Source: a virus
Reading direction: 5' to 3' (one strand)
DNA length: 64,000 nucleotides
IMG/VR virus record: IMGVR_UViG_3300005573_000001
Part shown: positions 47,869-55,474 of the stretch, in pieces
How the letters are laid out: every line of letters starts with the position of its first letter
How positions within the stretch are numbered: position 1 is the first letter of the stretch
Made by a program: the position numbers and the translations under genes
The notes under the pieces: model-generated
What the model saw: only the letters and a program-made list of their open reading frames with translations
Database searches by the model: none
What the model was told of the DNA's origin: nothing

Positions 47869-50532
47869 CTAGGAATTATATTTACGAATCAACTTGCGCA
47901 TAACGCCATAAGTAAGCTTAGAGACAGTATCGCGCTCCTTATCACTGCGCTCTACTACCAAATCGGCATACTCTTGCTTCTTATAGAGGACACGACGTAT
48001 CCTATCGTCGACACCGTCATGAGCAAGTAAGTTAATTATAGTAACAGATGCATGAGTACTAGTAAGCCTATGTATTCTAGCTACACGCTGAGCCCAGACA
48101 GCCGGATTCCAAGGCAGATCCATATTAATTAGGGCCGAAGCAACTTCTAAATTTAAACCATAGTTACCGGCGTCCGTACTGACAAAGAACATAACCTGAG
48201 AATCATTCCTAAAGCGATCCAAGAGAGCTTGGCGGTCCTTAGAAGGTACAGAACCGTTAAGAATAACAGAAGCACCAAACTTCTCAGTAACTTGCAGGAC
48301 AAGGGCCTGGAAGCGAGCAAACTCAGTAAAAATAGCTATCTTGGAGTGGCCAGCACGCACAAGATCACGAATTATCTGTTCAAGCTCAACAAGCTTCGGG
48401 GCACGCTCGGTATAATCGATAGCATACCTCCTAGCCAAGCCAGCATCAGACATAGACAGGAGGTCTGGGGAATCACAGACTTCCTGTAACAGAGAAAACA
48501 TAGCGTGCATGCGGTCCTCATAGGGATCAGACGCATCTAACACATCGGAATCAGGAGTCGGCCTCGGCTTACGCATAAGCTCGTAGAGGTCGTTACTAAT
48601 ACGAGTATGCAGGGCCGCCTGCTGTGGCGTCATCTGAACTCGATAATCATTAACAACTATTTCAGGCAACTGAGGAGCTACATCCTTCTTAAGCCTGCGC
48701 ATAATATAAGGAGAGAGCTCCTGATTCAGGGCAGCCAAATTACGGTATCCTACTACCATACGAGGACGACCGTACTTTACGCCAAAGCATATAAACTTCT
48801 TGCAGAAGTCAGACCAGCGGCCTAGTATAGCAGGGTTAATGAAGGCAAAGATACTGAATATCTCATCTGGACAATTCTGCAATGGAGTACCAGTCATACA
48901 AACTTTGTAGGGTGCATTCAGTCGCCTAAGAACGGCACTAGTCTTAGACTCCCAAGAGCTTATTCGGTGAGCCTCATCAAGAACAACAAAGTCAAAGTCT
49001 AACTCTAAGAGTGTGTCAATGTCAATCCGAGCAAGCTCATAGTTGATAATCGTAAAGAGAGGAGACCTTTGACGAATATCCTCATAAAGAATCGCACGCT
49101 TACGCGGAGGCCCATCAATAACAACAGGCGTGATACGATCAGTCAGAAACTTATAAAGCTCGGCTTCCCACTGATACTTAAGAGAAGCCGGACATACGAT
49201 AAGGCTCTTCTTAATACGAGCATCGCGGTACAAGCGCCATATAGCATAGGTAGCCTGAACGGTATTGTGCGTTAGAATACAATGCTCCGTTACATAGAGT
49301 TTGTCGGGAGCTTCGACGGCTATACAAACAGCTTCAGCCATACGCACATACTGAACAGACTGAAAGACACGATAAGGACGAACCGGAACGTATCTGGAAA
49401 GACGAGCAGGAGTCCTAAAAGGCATAAGCCAGCTGGGAAAATACATAGAGACACGGTACCTACGACCGCGGGACGTAACAGAAGCAGAACCACCTAGGTT
49501 CTCTACTAAAGCTTGAACGCTATTAGCTAAAGACTCGAATAACGTAAAGAAGCATACATCAGAACGGCGAGAAGAGATTAGACCACCCGTATCAAGGAGT
49601 CCTTGTAGCAAGTCAACACGGTCCTGAACGGAAGCCTCTAGATAAATTTGGGGGATAAAGGGACTGGTAGGACCAAGACCGAGACATAAAGTACGCAACC
49701 GAGTCAACTCAGGGTAATCAGGCAAGGTAGCAAGCGCAGTATCATCAGGGACCATAGCAATTAGAGCTAAGTAGCGTCCTACAGTATAGGGATCCACAGG
49801 CAAAGCAACCCGATTAAAGCGTATAGGACCGGTAAGCATAGGACAATAGAGGGCTGTCCGCGACAAGTCAAGCAAGGTACCATCCGCAGCGCGTACTTTA
49901 GGCAGCGTCATCAGTTGAGCAGTAGTTACCGTAAGAGTAGCCCACGTATTACCGACCCTATAACGCACAGTCCACAAGTGCTGAAGCCCGGCTTCGACGG
50001 AGGAACCGTCAGACAAAGTAACACGATAAATAGGCTTAATACCTTGTGGATATATACCGATAACTTTCGTAGGCATTCCATCAGAACCAATGACATAATC
50101 ACCAACCTGAAGAGACGAGATGGGGGCCCAGCCAGTTGGAGTACATACTAGAGTATCGACAGGATGCTCCTTACCGAGCCCCATCTCATCAGCCAGCATA
50201 CACTGCTTCACATTATAAATAAAATCAGCTCCTACTATCTGGAAAGGGTAAGGGCGCAAAGCAAAGTCATCAATGTAGTCTATAGGTACGTCGCCAGAAG
50301 GGGTATACAAGGCTATAGGAAGGTCCATAGGAACCTCTGCCCAAAGCAACTTAGTAATGCGAGACAGAGAACAAACTTGGTCGTAAGCGGACCTTGGAAC
50401 GTTCCAAAGGCGATTGATATACTGACGCCCGGGAATAGCTCGGATAACACTAAGAACAGAGTTAAAAGATTCAGAACTCTCGTTAAGTATCGAGAGCTGA
50501 ATCTTATCATTATAAAGGGTAGCTATAACCAT
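47869..50532 (-). CDS. SNF2-family helicase containing an intein
   Basis: LADEMGLGK|..|TVQA, IVCPASLKYQW, LDEAHRI, MTGTPLQN, STDAGNYGLNL and QRVARIHR. Confidence 0.92.
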   Translation of the reverse strand: MVIATLYNDKIQLSILNESSESFNSVLSVIRAIPGRQYINRLWNVPRSAYDQVCSLSRITKLLWAEVPMDLPIALYTPSGDVPIDYIDDFALRPYPFQIVGADFIYNVKQCMLADEMGLGKEHPVDTLVCTPTGWAPISSLQVGDYVIGSDGMPTKVIGIYPQGIKPIYRVTLSDGSSVEAGLQHLWTVRYRVGNTWATLTVTTAQLMTLPKVRAADGTLLDLSRTALYCPMLTGPIRFNRVALPVDPYTVGRYLALIAMVPDDTALATLPDYPELTRLRTLCLGLGPTSPFIPQIYLEASVQDRVDLLQGLLDTGGLISSRRSDVCFFTLFESLANSVQALVENLGGSASVTSRGRRYRVSMYFPSWLMPFRTPARLSRYVPVRPYRVFQSVQYVRMAEAVCIAVEAPDKLYVTEHCILTHNTVQATYAIWRLYRDARIKKSLIVCPASLKYQWEAELYKFLTDRITPVVIDGPPRKRAILYEDIRQRSPLFTIINYELARIDIDTLLELDFDFVVLDEAHRISSWESKTSAVLRRLNAPYKVCMTGTPLQNCPDEIFSIFAFINPAILGRWSDFCKKFICFGVKYGRPRMVVGYRNLAALNQELSPYIMRRLKKDVAPQLPEIVVNDYRVQMTPQQAALHTRISNDLYELMRKPRPTPDSDVLDASDPYEDRMHAMFSLLQEVCDSPDLLSMSDAGLARRYAIDYTERAPKLVELEQIIRDLVRAGHSKIAIFTEFARFQALVLQVTEKFGASVILNGSVPSKDRQALLDRFRNDSQVMFFVSTDAGNYGLNLEVASALINMDLPWNPAVWAQRVARIHRLTSTHASVTIINLLAHDGVDDRIRRVLYKKQEYADLVVERSDKERDTVSKLTYGVMRKLIRKYNS
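49264..50169 (-). mobile_element. class 3 intein (302 aa, Glu at position 1) with degenerate LAGLIDADG region, in the Walker A motif of the SNF2 helicase
   Basis: Starts EHPVDTLVCTPTGW; block B QHLW, block F VCIAV, ends ILTHN before Thr+1; contains LLQGLLDTGG. Confidence 0.9.
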
Positions 50533-50805
50533 TTATTCTCCAAATACAGAAGTAATAATATCTAACAGGAACTTACGGCTTTGCAGGACAAAGCGCCTAT
50601 TACGAGAAATAGTCTCAGGGGAAGTAGCATGCTCAGAAAGCTCATGTAGTAGGGAATCAGAAATGTCAATATTGTCAAAGAGCTTCCAATATAGTAGGGT
50701 CAACAAAGTCTGATTAACACAGGCTGCGGGAACACGGCGTAGAATCCACTTCACACGGTCAAATACCGTATGGGGCATGTCATTATTCTGTAGACTGGGA
50801 GTCAT
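50533..50805 (-). CDS. hypothetical protein
   Basis: ATG at 50805 after GGAG; LYWKLFD..ATSPETISRNRR. Confidence 0.55.
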   Translation of the reverse strand: MTPSLQNNDMPHTVFDRVKWILRRVPAACVNQTLLTLLYWKLFDNIDISDSLLHELSEHATSPETISRNRRFVLQSRKFLLDIITSVFGE

Positions 50806-51202
50806 TAGTGTCTCCAAAATACTTACAGTAGACATTAGAGAGCAAACGAGCCTTGAACTTACGAGTTCGGCGGTAAAAATCACGGGTTTCCTCATCTAAA
50901 GCTGGATTATCGGAGTAGTCATTAGATAATACATCCTGCACTAGAGCCAACGCAGCAGAGAAAGCGTCAAAACCATCTATAATGTATAAAGATATAGCTA
51001 AGGGTTCTATATCTGCTCTAAACTTAGTATAAAGTGTATAGACCTGCTCAAGCTCGGCAAAAGCAGCACGCAGAGCCATCGCGTAAGCTCCATCACCAGC
51101 CGATGGAGGCGAAAGCGGAGCAGGTCTAGTAGAACCAGACTTAGGAATCTCTAAGCCATTATCATGACCAAAGTAGAAATCAAACATGTCACTATCGGAC
51201 AT
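50783..51202 (-). CDS. hypothetical protein
   Basis: 139 aa ORF in a tightly packed operon. Confidence 0.55.
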   Translation of the reverse strand: MSDSDMFDFYFGHDNGLEIPKSGSTRPAPLSPPSAGDGAYAMALRAAFAELEQVYTLYTKFRADIEPLAISLYIIDGFDAFSAALALVQDVLSNDYSDNPALDEETRDFYRRTRKFKARLLSNVYCKYFGDTNDSQSTE

Positions 51203-51204
51203 AA

Positions 51205-51447
51205 TTACTCGTCAGCCTCCTCAAGTAAGTCATCATAATTAATTTCAGAAGACCCTATAGAAGGGTTAGTAGAAGCAAGAGTCAGACAGTCACGAAGAAG
51301 ATTACGTTCCTCATCTCTCTCGGCAGCAGACTGTCGGTAAACTTCAGACTCTACTAGCATACGCATGAGCGCAGCTTGATCTAAAACAAGAGACTCCTCA
51401 TCAGTGTTCTCACACTGCTGTTGTAAGTAGTCTATATAACTAGTCAA
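51205..51447 (-). CDS. hypothetical protein
   Basis: 80 aa, GGAG RBS, ATGA overlap. Confidence 0.55.
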   Translation of the reverse strand: MTSYIDYLQQQCENTDEESLVLDQAALMRMLVESEVYRQSAAERDEERNLLRDCLTLASTNPSIGSSEINYDDLLEEADE

Positions 51448-52013
51448 AGTACATCTCCTTTCGAGATAAAGTCTCCAGTAAGCTCATGTAGATAAGCTAA
51501 CAAGCGATCCAAGGTAGTAAGCAAAGTTAGCTCATCATTATAATTCTTAATAATGTAAATATCATCATGTCCCTTAAAGGCAAATGGCAAAGCCCAATAG
51601 CTCTTACCAACGGCAGCAGCTTCTTGGGCGATTTTCTGGAGCCATTCTAAATGGATAGTTATAGTCTTTGCTCCTCGACTGGTTGTCGTTCCTCTTTCTT
51701 TGCATTCAAAAAGCGCATCAGGTGTAACAACGTCTCCAGGGAAAGCCCAAAGAGCCCCACTAGCAGGACAACGGGAAGCACCACCTCGGATATTTCCACT
51801 CCCAGTAACACTGTTAAAACGCTTGACAACAGTCTTTTCAAAAGTCTCTCCCTTTCTCCTAGTCCTAGGTTTACCTAAAAGTCTGCGTGCAGCTTCTTTT
51901 TCCTTACGAATAAGCCACTTGGGCTTCTTAAAGAGCGACATACCATTGCAATTCTTGCAGAACGCAGTGTTCACACACACAGCATGTTGCTCGTCAGAAC
52001 ACTTATAATCCAT
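51444..52013 (-). CDS. Holliday junction resolvase-like PD-(D/E)XK nuclease
   Basis: KGETFEKTV, RCPASGA, GDV and FECKE motifs; N-terminal Cys cluster. Confidence 0.7.
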   Translation of the reverse strand: MDYKCSDEQHAVCVNTAFCKNCNGMSLFKKPKWLIRKEKEAARRLLGKPRTRRKGETFEKTVVKRFNSVTGSGNIRGGASRCPASGALWAFPGDVVTPDALFECKERGTTTSRGAKTITIHLEWLQKIAQEAAAVGKSYWALPFAFKGHDDIYIIKNYNDELTLLTTLDRLLAYLHELTGDFISKGDVL

Positions 52014-52016
52014 AAA

Positions 52017-52472
52017 CTACCTAAGCAAATTCTGTTCCACTTTAAGAACACTAGTAACGGTTATTAAACGTTCCTGACGCTGACGTATTATATCAAGGAC
52101 ACCATCAAGCATATCATAAACATACTCTAGAGTCGCCAGAAGCTCATAGAGATTCACAGCCTGACCGTTAAATACGTAATTAAGACACGCATTAGTAGCA
52201 GTAGCTCTACGAGCACTCTCATTAGAGCCAGTAGAGTTAACTCGTTCAACAATAGATATAAGGCGCTCTACTTGAGCCTTATATGACTTAAACTTAGCAT
52301 AGGCCATACGTAAGTTGGCAAACAGTGAGTCCAACGACTGAATAATATTACGAACCTGGCCTGTATCAATATCTGCGGGTATCTGACAACGTGATAGAGT
52401 AACGCGGGCACGTTCCATAACATCGTCTATACGATAAGCATTGACCTGTATCCTAATGTCTAGCACATTCAT
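52017..52472 (-). CDS. hypothetical helical protein
   Basis: AGGAGG RBS; first gene after the promoter at 52522. Confidence 0.6.
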   Translation of the reverse strand: MNVLDIRIQVNAYRIDDVMERARVTLSRCQIPADIDTGQVRNIIQSLDSLFANLRMAYAKFKSYKAQVERLISIVERVNSTGSNESARRATATNACLNYVFNGQAVNLYELLATLEYVYDMLDGVLDIIRQRQERLITVTSVLKVEQNLLR

Positions 52473-52493
52473 AACCATCCTCCTAATACCTAA

Positions 52494-52522
52494 AGTATAC
52501 TATGAAGTAGGACAAATGTCAA
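52494..52522 (-). promoter_or_regulatory. sigmaA-type promoter
   Basis: On the - strand: TTGACA (52522-52517), 17 bp, TATACT (52499-52494), immediately after the RT stop codon. Confidence 0.85.
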
Positions 52523-52526
52523 GACT

Positions 52527-53381
52527 TCAGGGACCTACAGGTCCATGCTGTAGTAACTGGACTATTGCATCATACTGGGACTTATAAGGAGTAGAAGGAT
52601 CTATACTATAAATAAAACTAACCCAACCACCCAAAGTAAATAGGGAAACACCAATTATAGACGGCACATCGGCATAAGTAAGATTAGGATTGTTAGCGTA
52701 AGCCAACCGTAACTTGTGTAGGTTGCCGCGAACACGATTAATCAGTTTACGAGGAGCGTTAAGGCGGGTAACGACTGTAATACCAGTAACACGAGCACAC
52801 TTATTCTTGCCTACAAGGCGTGTCTTAGCATAGTTCAAAGAGAATCCCATACTGCGTATACATCTGTCTAACTCAGGCAAAATGACCTTCGCGTCTATGT
52901 ATGTTCCACTAATAGTAATATCGTCAGCATAGCGAGTATAAACTAATCCTCGTTTCGCACAGTACCGAGCAAGCTCAGAATCCAGAAAACTGAAGACAAG
53001 GTTACTAAGAAAAGGCGACGTAGGAGCACCTTGCGGTAGAACACCATCAAGGGTACACCAATAGGTAATATCTTGGGCATCACTAGGTGTAGCTAAACCA
53101 TGTAAGACAAGAGCCATAGCTACCATACCACTAGTTATCGAAGGGAAAAAATCCTTTAGATCAAGGCTGAGAATATAGCGACTAGAAACATGGTAAGCCG
53201 CATTGTGCCGAATAGACCGTCCAGGGACAAAACCAGTCACATAGACAGGCCAACTAACTCGACGCTGCAGGTCACGTAAAAGGCGACGCTGGAACCTCTT
53301 AAGCTCTGGGTTAGGCTCATAAAGTATACGCCACGATCCATCACGCTTTCTTATTCTATGCTGAATATACTGTCTAGTCAT
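52527..53381 (-). CDS. retron-type reverse transcriptase (~284 aa)
   Basis: KRDGSWRILYEP, GFVPGRSI, NAAYH (retron NAxxH), LDLKDFFPSI, LPQGAPTSPFLSN, YTRYADD and VTGITV (retron VTG); ATG at 53381 after GAGAGG. Confidence 0.93.
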   Translation of the reverse strand: MTRQYIQHRIRKRDGSWRILYEPNPELKRFQRRLLRDLQRRVSWPVYVTGFVPGRSIRHNAAYHVSSRYILSLDLKDFFPSITSGMVAMALVLHGLATPSDAQDITYWCTLDGVLPQGAPTSPFLSNLVFSFLDSELARYCAKRGLVYTRYADDITISGTYIDAKVILPELDRCIRSMGFSLNYAKTRLVGKNKCARVTGITVVTRLNAPRKLINRVRGNLHKLRLAYANNPNLTYADVPSIIGVSLFTLGGWVSFIYSIDPSTPYKSQYDAIVQLLQHGPVGP

Positions 53382-53399
53382 AATTCCTCTCGACAAATC

Positions 53400-53563
53400 G
53401 CACAATAGGTGGCAGATATACACGAACACTAGTATTTGCTCGCCGGCTCAGTATTGTCGTCTAATTGCCGGGAGGCAACATTGGACGACAATATATTTTT
53501 AATTCTATATCTGTTAGCAGTATAGTTTGATTGTTAAAGCTATATCTGCCACCATACATGTGC
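53400..53563 (-). ncRNA. retron msr-msd ncRNA unit, RT-proximal
   Basis: Perfect 13-bp inverted repeat 53408-53420/53541-53553; candidate branching G at 53540 opposite G at 53421; msr hairpin 53505-53525; long msd hairpin 53452-53493. Confidence 0.85.
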
Positions 53564-53585
53564 CTTGGGCATAGACCCAATAGCC

Positions 53586-53677
53586 GTATGTCTTAGGGTT
53601 ATTACATAACTTAAACTAAACCCTCTCATTTCTCCCGTACTATTAGGTACGAGTCCTCTTCTAACCCTAAGACATAC
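53586..53677 (-). repeat. perfect 16-bp inverted repeat enclosing a small hairpin; spacer stem or degenerate third ncRNA unit
   Basis: GTATGTCTTAGGGTTA (53586-53601) and TAACCCTAAGACATAC (53662-53677); inner CGTAC/GTACG hairpin. Confidence 0.75.
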
Positions 53678-53686
53678 TATCACAAA

Positions 53687-53873
53687 CAAGACACAGGTTA
53701 TGCTATACACGAAGTGACTCTTATATCTTGAATTCACTTGATCTCCTCCAGGCCACTTCTGCAGCTCCTCTCCTCAGCTGTTACTCAATCAGCTGAGGAG
53801 AGCGTTTTAATTGTTTAATTGTTATCAATAAACCTTGTATATTATTATTGTGACTATAGCCTCCTGTGTCTTG
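53687..53873 (-). ncRNA. second retron msr-msd-like unit, RT-distal
   Basis: Interrupted inverted repeat CAAGACACAGG..GCTATA (53687-53707/53855-53873); G at 53854 opposite G at 53708; msr-like hairpin 53813-53833; 13-bp msd-like hairpin 53768-53802. Confidence 0.75.
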
Positions 53874-53881
53874 CGGCTATA

Positions 53882-54592
53882 CTACATCATAGTAACACCT
53901 AACCTTATTCCTTCTAATCCGGCTATATCTACATCAACAGGAGTAATAGTAACTTCACTTGACAATGGTTCAATATCAAGATTAGTCAAGAAGCGCCTAT
54001 ATAGGAGATATATCTGCATTATAAAGGCCGGAGAGCTAAGCTCTGTATACATATAACCCATAACACCACTACGAATAAAGCTCTGAACGTTCTTTATAGG
54101 CATGCCAGGATACTTAACAGATAAGTAATGATACAAGATCATATGACTTATAATAGTTGAACTAACCATTCCATGCGTAGCTAACGTATAGAACGGATTA
54201 GTTCTCAATCCCTCACTATCAACAGTAAACGCGAGAGAGTTCACAAACGCCAAAACATTCTGAACAGTATCAGGTAACGTCGTCACTAATTCCTGCGGTC
54301 TTTCAGTCGTATCAAAACACGCCTCAAGTATAAGAGAGTTCACATAAGAACTAGGGAGAAAATTCGTAGGCAAAGATACAGATACTTGCGAATTAGGACA
54401 ATTTCTTAGCTCATAATACGGCACAGGATCTATCTGTAACTTAAGCAACAAGATATAAAAGAGACTAATCAAGTGATCTAGATGAGCAACTATACACCCA
54501 CGAGGAGAAAGCGACCTAATAGTCCGTATCCTTATTTCAGGATCAGATAAAATACCAAGAGAAAGATCAGTCATAAACAAAGTCCTTTCCAT
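53882..54592 (-). CDS. hypothetical protein directly upstream of the retron ncRNA region
   Basis: 236 aa ORF coupled to the UDG stop by TAATG; no recognisable motif. Confidence 0.6.
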   Translation of the reverse strand: MERTLFMTDLSLGILSDPEIRIRTIRSLSPRGCIVAHLDHLISLFYILLLKLQIDPVPYYELRNCPNSQVSVSLPTNFLPSSYVNSLILEACFDTTERPQELVTTLPDTVQNVLAFVNSLAFTVDSEGLRTNPFYTLATHGMVSSTIISHMILYHYLSVKYPGMPIKNVQSFIRSGVMGYMYTELSSPAFIMQIYLLYRRFLTNLDIEPLSSEVTITPVDVDIAGLEGIRLGVTMM

Positions 54593-55179
54593 TATTGTAA
54601 AACGTTAGCCCTAGCAACTACCTGATGCAGGGCGCTGAGGACCTGATTAGCCAAAGTTGTGCCCAAAGGAGTATCAGTACCAATGCGCAGTAAATAACTT
54701 GGGTGGTAGATAACGGTAACATCACGATTACCAAGCCTATGCCAAGTGCCGTGAACCTGCGTGATACCGCTTGTAATACCTAAAATAGCCCGCATAGCAA
54801 CCGCACCCGTGCATACAATAATTTGTGGATTTACCATAGCAATCTCAGCGTCGAGAATGTAGGCACAGGCAGCCACCTCAGCAGGAAGCGGTGTACGATT
54901 AGCGGGGCCTGACATAGGCCGACACTTCACAGTATTAGTAAGATAAACATCAGAAATAGGTATGTCAGCCTGAGCAAGTAATTGTCTAAAGAGCTGACCG
55001 GCAGGACCAACAAGGGGAGTTTTTTGAATGCACTCAACAGCTCCGGGAGCCTCAGCAATAAACATTATCCTAGCATTAGAATTACCAACGCCAGGAACGT
55101 GAACACTACGAAATAGACTGCATTCCTCACAGTTATCTACAAGTTGACAAAATTGATCATACGTCATAAGAAACTCCAA
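54592..55179 (-). CDS. uracil-DNA glycosylase, family 4
   Basis: CEECSL, IAEAPGAVE, VGPAGQL, TNTVKCRP and YHPSYLLR. Confidence 0.92.
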   Translation of the reverse strand: MEFLMTYDQFCQLVDNCEECSLFRSVHVPGVGNSNARIMFIAEAPGAVECIQKTPLVGPAGQLFRQLLAQADIPISDVYLTNTVKCRPMSGPANRTPLPAEVAACAYILDAEIAMVNPQIIVCTGAVAMRAILGITSGITQVHGTWHRLGNRDVTVIYHPSYLLRIGTDTPLGTTLANQVLSALHQVVARANVLQ

Positions 55180-55472
55180 AAACTAAGGGCACGATCACGA
55201 GACTGTAACTGTTCCTGGGCGTAGCGACGGCCAACCTCAACACGGGTCTCACAGGAAGGGCGCACACCAAAATCAGAGAGAGCTTCAAGAAGTACCGTAT
55301 TACGCCCTACAGCAACTATTTGATAAGGTATGCCAGATTCAACTAGAAAGCGTCCTAGAATGCGACCCTGAGCCTTAGCACGTCGATCAATAGTAGACAA
55401 CCTACGCCAATTAGACCTACAAGAGGCAGATGGATTGGGGCGATAAAGCAACTCGTCAGGTATATAGACCAT
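55164..55472 (-). CDS. hypothetical protein
   Basis: 102 aa, GAGG RBS, in operon. Confidence 0.5.
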   Translation of the reverse strand: MVYIPDELLYRPNPSASCRSNWRRLSTIDRRAKAQGRILGRFLVESGIPYQIVAVGRNTVLLEALSDFGVRPSCETRVEVGRRYAQEQLQSRDRALSFWSFL

Positions 55473-55474
55473 AA

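Noticed and set aside
52527-53381. RT as a group II intron maturase
   Set aside because: It is too short, has no maturase or endonuclease domain and no domain V/VI-like structure downstream, and it does not interrupt a gene.
52527-53873. RT as part of a diversity-generating retroelement targeting the tail fibre
   Set aside because: The RT has retron NAxxH and VTG motifs and flanking msr-msd structure. I found no template/variable repeat pair differing at adenines and no Avd-like gene.
53400-53873. CRISPR array or tRNA cluster in the non-coding gap
   Set aside because: There are no regularly spaced direct repeats and no cloverleaf or TTCGA T-loop context. The elements are inverted repeats.
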